Both the position numbers and the translations under genes were made by a program. Under the pieces are notes generated by a model that was not told the origin of the DNA, searched no databases, and saw only the letters and a program-made list of their open reading frames with translations. Of a stretch of DNA of 64,000 bases, positions 1 to 8,407 are shown in pieces. Source of the stretch: an uncultured Alphaproteobacteria bacterium (GTDB lineage Bacteria; Pseudomonadota; Alphaproteobacteria; Rickettsiales; UBA998); NCBI GenBank assembly GCA_963803575.1, contig CAWDMW010000002.1, forward strand, positions 886,389 through 950,388. Reading direction: 5' to 3'. Each line of letters opens with the position of its first letter. Positions within the stretch are counted from its first letter, which is position 1.

Positions 1-301
1 TCTCATAGTTCAATTGAGGAGTTGTATCAGCCTCTTTATGGTCAGGATATAAAATATAAAATAAGACAGCGTGTAGTGCGGTCTCGTTAAGAGAGTCTAG
101 GGGGTATATATCACTGGCTTTTTCAGTTGTCTCATTTGGCTTTAATATCAGGGTGTTCACTTGATCTCTAAGAGCATCTTTTATCGATTTTATTAAATCA
201 TCCCAACTAAGCTCACCACTACTTGGGTTTTTTGTATTCTGATCTAAAACCGTACGAATATCACGCGCATCTACCTTATGAGCATTAAGTACTGTAACCA
301 T
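1..301 (-). CDS. hypothetical protein, N-terminal part only (ORF runs off the left edge)
   Basis: Minus-strand ATG at 299-301. My own translation (MVTVLNAHKVDARDIRTVLDQNTKNPSSGELSWDDLIKSIKDALRDQ...) stays open for 100 codons to base 1. It is absent from the ORF track because no stop lies in the window. It starts 60 nt after the stop of 362..910 on the same strand. Confidence 0.45.
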   Translation of the reverse strand, partial: MVTVLNAHKVDARDIRTVLDQNTKNPSSGELSWDDLIKSIKDALRDQVNTLILKPNETTEKASDIYPLDSLNETALHAVLFYILYPDHKEADTTPQLNYE

Positions 302-361
302 AAAACCCCCACGCTAAATACTGCATAGGAACATATTCACCGAGAAGACAAATCACAAGAT

Positions 362-910
362 TTATAATGTGGGAGCTAATCCATCATTGTCATTTGCTCG
401 CGATGGGTATTCTAATTGATTGCCTGTGTTTAAATCTCTTCTAATTGACTCTTCTAACAATCCATTTAAATGATGTTCTTCAACAACTCTGACAATCTCA
501 CCATCCGTGTTTAATTCATCGACAATTATTGATGCGCCATTTGGGTTATGCTTGATATTTGCCTTATAAAAACCCTGAGCGCTATAATAAACTCCATTCC
601 CTCCACAAGCACCAGTTTCTGTAGTGCGCTCACAAACCGCAGATGGCGCATTCTCACGATCGCGTTTTCCATTTTTGATCCAAAGCGCACCAACAATTGC
701 TTTGGTACCCATATCAAAATATTTTACAGATGGTAAATTGTCTGGGCTATCAACAACGCCATCCTTATTTTTGACTACTTCTTTAAAGCAATCATGAAAC
801 TCGATAAAATTTTCGATACAGTCATCATCGTCTACAGCTTCATAGCTTACTGTATATCCTTTCTTGTTCAGCGCAACTTCATCTGTTTTTGCAGGTGGTA
901 AGATACTCAT
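362..910 (-). CDS. hypothetical protein (182 aa)
   Basis: Longest ORF in the region; only short shadow ORFs overlap it. Acidic N-terminal third and a Gly/Asn-rich middle (WIKNGKRDRENAPSAV, GGNGVYYSAQGFYKANIKHNPNG). No family recognised by eye. Confidence 0.5.
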   Translation of the reverse strand: MSILPPAKTDEVALNKKGYTVSYEAVDDDDCIENFIEFHDCFKEVVKNKDGVVDSPDNLPSVKYFDMGTKAIVGALWIKNGKRDRENAPSAVCERTTETGACGGNGVYYSAQGFYKANIKHNPNGASIIVDELNTDGEIVRVVEEHHLNGLLEESIRRDLNTGNQLEYPSRANDNDGLAPTL

Positions 911-971
911 TCATAGGCTTTCTCTTAATCATATTTACTAGATATTACTATAATACAGCATATTAAGTCAA

Positions 972-994
972 TTTGTCAGAGTTATTCTGACAAA
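972..994. promoter_or_regulatory. perfect 9-bp inverted repeat in a divergent promoter region (candidate operator)
   Basis: tttgtcaga (972-980) / tctgacaaa (986-994) with a 5-nt spacer. It lies between the divergent starts at 910 (-) and 1071 (+). Confidence 0.35.
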
Positions 995-1070
995 AATCCG
1001 ACAAAGCTCCATATCCTATTTGATGAAATATCAGTCATGCTGTTCTCATAACTTAGCGATGAGGATCGAC

Positions 1071-1367
1071 ATGAAAACACTAAATTACTTTAATCAAGAT
1101 TACACCGAAACAGAATTAGCTGCATTAGAAGATCAGCCATTACCGATCGTGAATGATCCCGATTATGACGGCACAGTTTCACCTACGCCCACAGAACCAT
1201 CTGATTCACCGCCACCTGAACCATTGGGGGATAGCGCAGTCGCATTGCCACGTCATGTGGAGCAATGGCTGGATAACGCTTTTGATGATCTGGATGATAT
1301 TGAGCGTTGGCCAGATGATGGCGGATTTGTGCTGACTGAACGCATCCCTAACGAAGTGGAGGGTTAA
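1071..1367 (+). CDS. hypothetical acidic, Pro-rich protein (98 aa)
   Basis: GAGGA at 1061-1065, 5 nt before ATG 1071; the track ORF begins earlier at TTG 1020 with no RBS. The stop is 3 nt before the next start. Very acidic (DDLDDIERWPDD) with a TPTEPSDSPPPEP centre. Confidence 0.5.
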   Translation: MKTLNYFNQDYTETELAALEDQPLPIVNDPDYDGTVSPTPTEPSDSPPPEPLGDSAVALPRHVEQWLDNAFDDLDDIERWPDDGGFVLTERIPNEVEG

Positions 1368-1370
1368 GCG

Positions 1371-2612
1371 ATGAAACTACAAAACAAACAACGTGACGCA
1401 CTAGAGAAAACAACACTTTCTCCAGACGCAATAACATTAACCTCTAACATTGAGTTTGCGGAGGAGCTGAAAGACCTTAAAGCCGCGCATGAGAGACGGC
1501 CTACGAAAGTCTATCTGGTGACGCTAGCCGCAGCCGCACTCTCGGGCTTTATGAGCGCACGGGGCATTATTGAGAAAACCATTGAAGCAGGCGTGATTGA
1601 TGAAGTCTCGATTGGCTCAGCAATTATGTCGGGCGCGGTGTGCTGTGCCTTGCTTACCACCGCCACGATGATGACATTTTCTATTGCGATGGAATCAGCA
1701 CGCAAGCAACGCTGGAAAGTGATTGCTCTGGTGACAACGCTGCTTGTTCCCACCATTGGTGTTAGCAGCTTCTATAGTCTGCTTGGCAATGCAGGAAGCG
1801 CGAGCCTTTCCTATAATATGCAGGATCAGGCGATTGCCCATCGTGAGTATTACGCTGCGTCAATACTGGATGCATCAGAAGCAAAAAGCCGTGCTGACGC
1901 GCTCATTCCGCTGCGTGATGATATTTGCACACGCGCTGATCAGGAGCGTCTCACAGGCCGCTACTCGGGGTCAAAGGGATACGGAAAAGCCGTGCAATCA
2001 ATGGATTCAGTCTGTTCTCAGATAACGTCAATTGTCGAGACGTTACTGAATACGGCATCGAACACCGAAGCACGGGGTAAGCAGGCAACAGAGATTTTAA
2101 ACAAGCTTGCCAGCATTGCCAAAGACCAGTCCATCGGTAATGTGTTTGAGCGTCAGGATGTGTATCGCGAAACGGCTAATCAACTTATGGAGTTGATTCA
2201 GACATTCTTATCCGAGAATGTTGTGGAGCGGCTGAATGTGCAGCTTGCTAATCTGCAAGCCTCTGTTTCTAGCTCTGGCGTACAGAAAAATACCTTTGGT
2301 CAGGTGCAATCAGCCATCATTGAGGATTTGCGCGTTCTTGTCGACAAGGTTGCTGAAAATCTTGAGGGCATGACCGATGTCAGTGATATGCCAAAGGCAA
2401 CGCCACCCGCACCATTAATGGATATGGGTGAAGCGGTGTTTCACTATTCGAGAAAGAACACTCCACAGTATTTGATGGCTTTGTTGCTTGATCTAATGGT
2501 TGTTTTTTATTGTGCGGCATTAACGCTATCTCGCTCGATTCCACAAGCCAGAAAAGAGGAAATGCTGGAATCACAGCCATCCTCTCAATCTTCAATAACT
2601 CAACAATCATAG
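1371..2612 (+). CDS. hypothetical polytopic membrane / coiled-coil protein (413 aa)
   Basis: GGAGGG upstream of the ATG. Three hydrophobic helices in residues ~45-150, a long helical middle, and one C-terminal TM (PQYLMALLLDLMVVFYCAALTL). The topology resembles DUF4407-type proteins, but this is unverified. Confidence 0.6.
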   Translation: MKLQNKQRDALEKTTLSPDAITLTSNIEFAEELKDLKAAHERRPTKVYLVTLAAAALSGFMSARGIIEKTIEAGVIDEVSIGSAIMSGAVCCALLTTATMMTFSIAMESARKQRWKVIALVTTLLVPTIGVSSFYSLLGNAGSASLSYNMQDQAIAHREYYAASILDASEAKSRADALIPLRDDICTRADQERLTGRYSGSKGYGKAVQSMDSVCSQITSIVETLLNTASNTEARGKQATEILNKLASIAKDQSIGNVFERQDVYRETANQLMELIQTFLSENVVERLNVQLANLQASVSSSGVQKNTFGQVQSAIIEDLRVLVDKVAENLEGMTDVSDMPKATPPAPLMDMGEAVFHYSRKNTPQYLMALLLDLMVVFYCAALTLSRSIPQARKEEMLESQPSSQSSITQQS

Positions 2613-2622
2613 GAGAATTATC

Positions 2623-3234
2623 ATGAGAAAATTACTTAATTATACGACGCGTATGGGCTTATCTGGTTTTAGCAATATGTTGCTTGCTGCGCTTGCAAGC
2701 AGCGTCGCTGTCACCTCTATCATATTGCTCAGCCTCTATGTCGTCTCATATGCCAAAGAGTCAGACGCGATGAAAGCACTGCAATGTGCATCAGGTCTGG
2801 TGTCTCGTCCTGATTGCCCAGATCAGCAGGCGGCTATGGATGCTTTGCAGCAAGAGTTGGACGCGTTAGCGGCGCAAAAGGAACAGATGGAGGCTAAGCT
2901 TGGTACGCTCAAGCGTATTAGCGATACGGTGGATTCCGTAACGTTGTTTAAAATGGTAGATATCGACGGAACGGGCATGAAACTGATAGTTGGATCGACG
3001 TATTCAGACTTGTTGAACCCCACTACAAAGCCGGCCTATCACTGCTATATAAGCTTGCGCGGCAATAGTTCGCACGGCAATAATACAGGTATTGAACGTA
3101 ACCTGTATATCCGTAGTGCTGTCGGTGATGTAGATATCACAAAGGACATGCTGCGTGACGCAGACATCACTGAATTTACGGTGCATTTTGCGCGGGCGCA
3201 TTGTAAGCCCTACCTCATTGGCGGCGCTGTATAG
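2623..3234 (+). CDS. hypothetical membrane-anchored coiled-coil protein (203 aa)
   Basis: AGGAG 8 nt upstream. N-terminal TM (MLLAALASSVAVTSIILLSLYVV), a coiled-coil stretch (QQELDALAAQKEQMEAKL), then a globular C-terminus. The stop is 2 nt before the next start. Confidence 0.6.
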   Translation: MRKLLNYTTRMGLSGFSNMLLAALASSVAVTSIILLSLYVVSYAKESDAMKALQCASGLVSRPDCPDQQAAMDALQQELDALAAQKEQMEAKLGTLKRISDTVDSVTLFKMVDIDGTGMKLIVGSTYSDLLNPTTKPAYHCYISLRGNSSHGNNTGIERNLYIRSAVGDVDITKDMLRDADITEFTVHFARAHCKPYLIGGAV

Positions 3235-3236
3235 CC

Positions 3237-5138
3237 ATGCGCAACAATTCCAAACAACATGGTGAGATTATTCGGCGGGGGTTTCCCTTGCCGAATATCT
3301 TGCTGGCAGCTGGTGCTTATGAGGTGATGGGCTGGCTGGGTGGTGACACGCATACTGTCATTCATCACGACACTATCATTATGCATTTGCCAGCCGCCGC
3401 CGCTGTAATCTGCATAGTCAATGTGCTGAGTATATCAGAATGGACGTTCAATCATCTGGCTGAGCGTATTGAGCTAAAACTGGCGCGAACGCCTATTGGC
3501 ATCAAAGGCACGGGGCGCTGGTCAACGCGCAAAGAAGCGTTGCGAATTTCACAGAAATATTATTGGGGGCCATATTTTGGTGCAATCTCTATGGGATGGT
3601 TCCGCCGTAATCGTGAACTGATTATTCCTTACGAATGCATGGCAACGACATTTGGCCCAAGCGGTAGCGGTAAAACAACGAAGGTGCTTCTCACCAATGC
3701 ATTCGCCTTAAAATATGAATCCAAGTTCCTGACAGATTTTAAATCTGACCTGACCTATCAGCTTTATCACCCGCTTTCAAAATACGGCGATGTGATTGTC
3801 CTCGATATTGGCGGTGAGTTTGATGGTCACCCCACCATTAAAACAGCCTACTATAATCCGTTATCATTGCCACTGGATTGTTTTGAACAAGCTGGCTGCC
3901 TTGTTGATGTTAAAGCTATGGTCGCAGAGTTGATTAATCAGCTCTATCCCATAAATGATAAAACACCCGATCCATACTGGCCTAACGGGGCGCGAGAGGC
4001 ATTACAGACGATTGTTATTTACGTTGTGATCCTACGGGATACGCAAGCGCATTTAGGGCATGTCGAGGCAATGCTTAATGACAGCGCGGCATTACTGGCT
4101 GATATGCGGTTTGCCGCAGGGTCATGTGTGAATGCAGAGGGTAACGCATTAGAGCCAATGGCGCTTGAGCAAACCTCGTGGGCATTATCAGGCCTTCATG
4201 ATCCTCAGGACGTAAGTAATTTTATCGCATGGTTTCGCCGTCGCGCTGCGGAGTTAGTAAAAATGCTATCAGCAACAGATACACGCACGATTGATTCATT
4301 CCTCTCAGGCGCACGGCAACAGCTCAGCGACTTTGCGGAAACGGGGCGATTATTCAGGGTCATGAATAAAACGTCGTTTCGGTTCTCACAGATGAAAGAA
4401 GGCGATCGTCCGACAACGGTGCTGATGCCTATTGATAGCACACGATTAGAAACCCAGAAGAAAGCTGCGGCATTATTGCAAAAATGCATGATCATTGAAT
4501 TGCAGCGTCACAAGAACAAACATCGTGAAGTGTATCTTTTACTGGACGAAATTTCTAATTTTCCGCTAACAGGCTTGGATACGCTGCCAACCTATTCACG
4601 CTCTTACGGATTAAGACTGCATCTGTTTCTACAAAACATTTCAGCTTACGCTCACCAGCACGGCGAACATGCGGCGCGTGTCATGGAGTCTGAAAGCGAA
4701 ATTTTCCAGTTTCTATCAGGCATTCGTGAAGAAAAAACGATCAAACTGGCGCAGCGTTTGATGGGTAATCGCTCAATCGTTACCAACAGCAACTCAGGTG
4801 ATCGTAGTGAATATGGCGTGAAAGGCACAGCGTACCGTGAGGATTCTATGCCTCTCATGGACGCAGAACAAATCCGTAGAACGCAACATACGCTGTTATT
4901 TGTGGGGCAGCATTACGGCATCATCAGCCAAGCGCCCACCATCTTCGAAGCACGCCCTTGGGGGCATGAGATAGATGCAAACCCGCATTACGGTACGAAA
5001 AAGAAGATTGATAAAGCCGTTCTTGTGATGGGTGATCGGTTGCCGCCAGTGCAGGTGCAGTGTTATTGGGTCGTCAAGCGTATCATCGCGATGCCATTCA
5101 CCATTCTGCGCTGGTGTCTCACAGGAGGCCGCGTATGA
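3237..5138 (+). CDS. type IV secretion coupling protein, VirD4/TraG family (633 aa)
   Basis: N-terminal TM helices, Walker A (GPSGSGKTTKVLL) and Walker B-like (EVYLLLDEISNF). YGLRLHLFLQNISAYAHQHGE matches the conserved T4CP block (rgyGi..Qs..QL...YG). Family-typical length. Confidence 0.85.
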   Translation: MRNNSKQHGEIIRRGFPLPNILLAAGAYEVMGWLGGDTHTVIHHDTIIMHLPAAAAVICIVNVLSISEWTFNHLAERIELKLARTPIGIKGTGRWSTRKEALRISQKYYWGPYFGAISMGWFRRNRELIIPYECMATTFGPSGSGKTTKVLLTNAFALKYESKFLTDFKSDLTYQLYHPLSKYGDVIVLDIGGEFDGHPTIKTAYYNPLSLPLDCFEQAGCLVDVKAMVAELINQLYPINDKTPDPYWPNGAREALQTIVIYVVILRDTQAHLGHVEAMLNDSAALLADMRFAAGSCVNAEGNALEPMALEQTSWALSGLHDPQDVSNFIAWFRRRAAELVKMLSATDTRTIDSFLSGARQQLSDFAETGRLFRVMNKTSFRFSQMKEGDRPTTVLMPIDSTRLETQKKAAALLQKCMIIELQRHKNKHREVYLLLDEISNFPLTGLDTLPTYSRSYGLRLHLFLQNISAYAHQHGEHAARVMESESEIFQFLSGIREEKTIKLAQRLMGNRSIVTNSNSGDRSEYGVKGTAYREDSMPLMDAEQIRRTQHTLLFVGQHYGIISQAPTIFEARPWGHEIDANPHYGTKKKIDKAVLVMGDRLPPVQVQCYWVVKRIIAMPFTILRWCLTGGRV

Positions 5139-5413
5139 CACCGATACGTTTTCGCTTTCAATATCGATGTGCAACATTCAGCCGCCTGATCAGCCAAATG
5201 ATTGGCTATTGGAAGCCACTCGCTATCGCTGCGTTCTTTGCCTCCAGTACAGGGCCGCACCTGCGTTTGAATGAATTGTACGATCGCCCATCTTACGGGC
5301 AGTGCCTGTATCTGGGATCACGCGGCGTGATTACGCATCAGGGCTTATCAGGGCATGGCTGCCCGTGGGTCGTCATTCTTAATTCTGACCATCAGAGAAA
5401 GTTTTATGAATGA
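5135..5413 (+). CDS. hypothetical small protein (92 aa), translationally coupled to the T4CP
   Basis: ATG 5135 overlaps the T4CP stop as ATGA. Its own stop overlaps the next start (ATGAATGA at 5406-5413). One hydrophobic segment (WKPLAIAAFFASS). The track lists a longer version from 5060. Confidence 0.5.
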   Translation: MTPIRFRFQYRCATFSRLISQMIGYWKPLAIAAFFASSTGPHLRLNELYDRPSYGQCLYLGSRGVITHQGLSGHGCPWVVILNSDHQRKFYE

Positions 5414-6092
5414 TAAAAAATCAGACCTACCCGATATCCGTTATGCGCATCCGTCCCACGCCGAATTCAATGCACGGCTGGCGGCAAAGAATGAGCCAAC
5501 GCCGCGTGACGTAACTGCGCCGTGGAGTCCGTCGCAGAATCTGCCCAACCTCAGACGCGACTTCGCGCAGCTCAACACCTATCTGCAACCTCGCTCGCAT
5601 ATCACAGAGCAAGATAATACAGATCAGCAACGCGGCTCCCGCATGGTCGAGGTCGATCATCTTGCGCCAACATTAGTGCCACCGCCTAATATCCGTGATC
5701 CCGTTGATCGTGAATCATTCGGAAGACGCTGGCTTCTCGAACAACGCGAAGCTGTGTTGGCGCAGGCGGTGATACCGCAGAACCAACAGCAGCGTGTCAA
5801 TACTCATCGGCAGCATAACCAACAATTTAACCACCACTCAGGAGAGTCTTTTATGACAGACCAAACAAGCACTCAAAACTCAAGTTCACCACAACTATCA
5901 CCGACACCAAATGCACCGCTGGAAACCTTCAAAGATGGCGCAGCCGTTATTAAGCTCTGGCAACAGGAAGGGCGCGATGGGCAAATCCACGTCAATGCAT
6001 CCGTCGGGCGCTTGTATAAGGATAATGAAACAGGGCAATGGAAAGAGAGTAAATCATTCAGCCCTCTGATCTTTCTAAGTTGGGCAACATGA
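5406..6092 (+). CDS. hypothetical Gln-rich protein; probably continues into 6080..6409 through a frameshift
   Basis: ATG 5406 overlaps the upstream stop. A possible internal start lies at 5855 (AGGAGA, 7 nt, ATG). It carries the motif REAVLAQA, which recurs as RDAVLAQA in the next ORF. Confidence 0.5.
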   Translation: MNDKKSDLPDIRYAHPSHAEFNARLAAKNEPTPRDVTAPWSPSQNLPNLRRDFAQLNTYLQPRSHITEQDNTDQQRGSRMVEVDHLAPTLVPPPNIRDPVDRESFGRRWLLEQREAVLAQAVIPQNQQQRVNTHRQHNQQFNHHSGESFMTDQTSTQNSSSPQLSPTPNAPLETFKDGAAVIKLWQQEGRDGQIHVNASVGRLYKDNETGQWKESKSFSPLIFLSWAT

Positions 6093-6409
6093 TGCCCAGA
6101 GCTTTGGCTCATGCTAGTGCGTTTGAGCATAACCTTAATGCACAACGTCAGGAACAAATGAAAGCACATGCGCAATCGCAGCAAACGCCTGCACCTGTTC
6201 AAGTCACGCCTGCTCAAGTCGTGCCAACGCTAACACAGCAGCAACAAGCACAACCACTCTCAGCCATGCGCTCGGATCAAATCGTAGCGCAGCAAGATAT
6301 GGTCGCTCAACGTGATGCGGTGCTGGCTCAGGCGCAACCAGCGCAAAGCCCGTCGCAGGAAAACACACAGGAGTATGCACACACCCAAAACCATGAACCA
6401 TCGCGCTAA
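6080..6409 (+). CDS. hypothetical Gln-rich protein, likely the 3' continuation of the preceding ORF
   Basis: It starts only at a TTG inside the previous ORF, with no RBS. Its frame is open from 6053, so it overlaps the end of the previous frame (stop at 6090-6092). Confidence 0.4.
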   Translation: MGNMMPRALAHASAFEHNLNAQRQEQMKAHAQSQQTPAPVQVTPAQVVPTLTQQQQAQPLSAMRSDQIVAQQDMVAQRDAVLAQAQPAQSPSQENTQEYAHTQNHEPSR

Positions 6410-6574
6410 GGAGGAACAGCGCGCTATATTAGTAATTATTCATAAAGTTGAATCACTTACGCGGAGTCATTTCTTGTAATTTAAGCCATTATAGGATAAT
6501 GTTCCTATTATGTTCTTGGGTGGAATAAGACGGAAATGACACCGCCGCACCAAAAAAGAAAGGAGAACATCACC

Positions 6575-6847
6575 ATGACAAAACAACAACCAACTCTTAC
6601 GATGGATATCGCATTATACGAGCATTTTCTTGAAAATAGCCATTATACTGAGGAAGAAAAGCAGGAATATCTGGAAACCATGTGGAACATCATCTGTGAG
6701 TTCGTCACGATGGGCTTCCATGTTCATCCTGTACAGATGGCACTTGATGATAATCAGCCCTCCTGTGGAAAACAGTCACAAACCACTGGAATCCCTATGG
6801 AAGCAGAGTCGCATAGGATAGAATCAACAGTAGAAGAAGGAGCGTAA
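6575..6847 (+). CDS. hypothetical small protein upstream of the recombinase (90 aa)
   Basis: AGGAGA at 6561-6566, 8 nt before ATG 6575. The stop is 3 nt before the recombinase start. No family recognised. Confidence 0.5.
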   Translation: MTKQQPTLTMDIALYEHFLENSHYTEEEKQEYLETMWNIICEFVTMGFHVHPVQMALDDNQPSCGKQSQTTGIPMEAESHRIESTVEEGA

Positions 6848-6850
6848 GCT

Positions 6851-8407
6851 ATGACAGAAGCAACAAAAGTCCTGATATATTGTCGTGTTAGCGATACTAA
6901 GCAGAAAACCGAAGGCCACGGATTAGACAGCCAAGAGCATCGCTGCCGTCAATATGCCGCAACACACGGCTATGAGGTCGAGCAAGTGTTTCCTGACGAT
7001 GCCAGCGGTGGAGGTGATTTCATGAAACGCGCTGGCATGGTTGCTTTGCTACGCTATCTTGATCAAAACCTCCACACCAATTATGTGGTGCTGTTCGATG
7101 ATCTGAAACGCTTTGCGCGTGATCGTGAGTTCCACTTCAAACTAAGACGTGAACTTGCTGCCAGAAGTGCCAACGTGGAATGTCTCAACTTCACATTCGA
7201 CGATACGCCTGAGGGTGAGTTTGTCGAAACCATCTTCGCCGCGCAAGGTCAGCTTGAACGATTGCAAAACCGCCGCCAAGTCATACAGAAAATGAAAGCC
7301 CGTATGGAGTTAGGCTATTATGTGTTTAATGCGCCGATTGGTTACGCTTACGACAAGGTTGCAGGGCATGGTAAATTGCTGGTTCGCGATGAACCGATTG
7401 CTAGTATTCTCCAGCAGGGGTTGGAGGGCTTCGCATCAGGACATTTTCAAACACAAGTCGAAGTGCAGCGTTTTTTCGAATCGAAGCCTGAGTTTCCCAA
7501 GAATAAGCAGGGTCGTGTGCATCCCTCCCGCGTGAAGGAAATTCTGACACATAGCCTGTATTCAGGCCATTTAGAGAAAGAAGAATGGAATTTATCCATG
7601 CGCAAAGGTTATCATGAGGGGCTGATAACATTAGAAACCTTCCAGAAGATACAGCATCGCCTGACGAAACAAGCTAAAGCGCCTGCACGTAAAGACATCA
7701 GCGCGGATTTCCCGCTACGTGGCTTTATCGAATGTGATCATTGTGACAGACCTATGACAGGGTACTGGGCGCAAGGTAAGTATAAGAAGTTTGCCTATTA
7801 TAGCTGCTACGATAAAAGCTGCGAGGGTCGTAAGAAAGCCATTCCACGCGCCAAACTAGAAGGTGAGTTTGAGGAAATGCTCGCAACATTACGACCATCA
7901 GAAGACTTGTTCAATGTCGCCAAAGCAATGTTTAAGGATGCGTGGGATCAGCAATATGCACAGACCGCTTCACTACTCAAAGCCACTAAGCATAAGGTGC
8001 TCGGCATTGAAAAGCAGATGGAGCAATTGCTGGATCGCATTATGGAGTCGTCCAACAGCACGGTTATCGGCAAATACGAGCAACGTATCAGCGAATTGGA
8101 GCACGAGAAACTAATTTGGGCAGAGAAAATGACCTCTCAGCCGCAAAAACACGGCACCTTCGAGGAAATGTTCGAACTCTCCATGAATTTTCTGCTTAAC
8201 CCGCAGAAACTATGGCAGTCCAGCCGTATTGAGCATAAGCGTGCAGTGCTAAAACTAGCCTTCGAAGACCGTATTCCATATCACCGTGACAAAGGACTTC
8301 GAACTCCAAAAACCACCATACCTTTCAGTATGTTAGCAGGTATTTGTGGAAATAATGTAGAAATGGTGGGCGATGAGAGACTCGAACTCCCGACATCCTC
8401 GGTGTAA
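6851..8407 (+). CDS. large serine recombinase (518 aa)
   Basis: Resolvase catalytic N-terminus (VLIYCRVSDTKQ ... FDDLKRFARD), a recombinase domain, a Cys cluster (CDHCDRPMTGYW...YYSCYDKSCEGR) and a coiled-coil tail. The last 14 codons are antisense tRNA-Val sequence. Confidence 0.85.
   Translation: MTEATKVLIYCRVSDTKQKTEGHGLDSQEHRCRQYAATHGYEVEQVFPDDASGGGDFMKRAGMVALLRYLDQNLHTNYVVLFDDLKRFARDREFHFKLRRELAARSANVECLNFTFDDTPEGEFVETIFAAQGQLERLQNRRQVIQKMKARMELGYYVFNAPIGYAYDKVAGHGKLLVRDEPIASILQQGLEGFASGHFQTQVEVQRFFESKPEFPKNKQGRVHPSRVKEILTHSLYSGHLEKEEWNLSMRKGYHEGLITLETFQKIQHRLTKQAKAPARKDISADFPLRGFIECDHCDRPMTGYWAQGKYKKFAYYSCYDKSCEGRKKAIPRAKLEGEFEEMLATLRPSEDLFNVAKAMFKDAWDQQYAQTASLLKATKHKVLGIEKQMEQLLDRIMESSNSTVIGKYEQRISELEHEKLIWAEKMTSQPQKHGTFEEMFELSMNFLLNPQKLWQSSRIEHKRAVLKLAFEDRIPYHRDKGLRTPKTTIPFSMLAGICGNNVEMVGDERLELPTSSV

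Larger units (their letters stand above)
1..8363. mobile_element. right-hand part of an integrated conjugative/mobilisable element inserted at the 3' end of tRNA-Val (left end outside the window)
   Basis: A T4CP plus a large serine recombinase directly abut the tRNA 3' end. Genes 1071-8407 are co-oriented with tiny or overlapping gaps. No core genes lie in this stretch. Confidence 0.6.

Noticed and set aside
362-910. MORN-repeat / YwqK-like antitoxin assignment for the 182-aa protein
   Set aside because: It shows only a vague G-x-x-Y / NGK periodicity, and I could not align convincing repeat units by eye. It is left as hypothetical.
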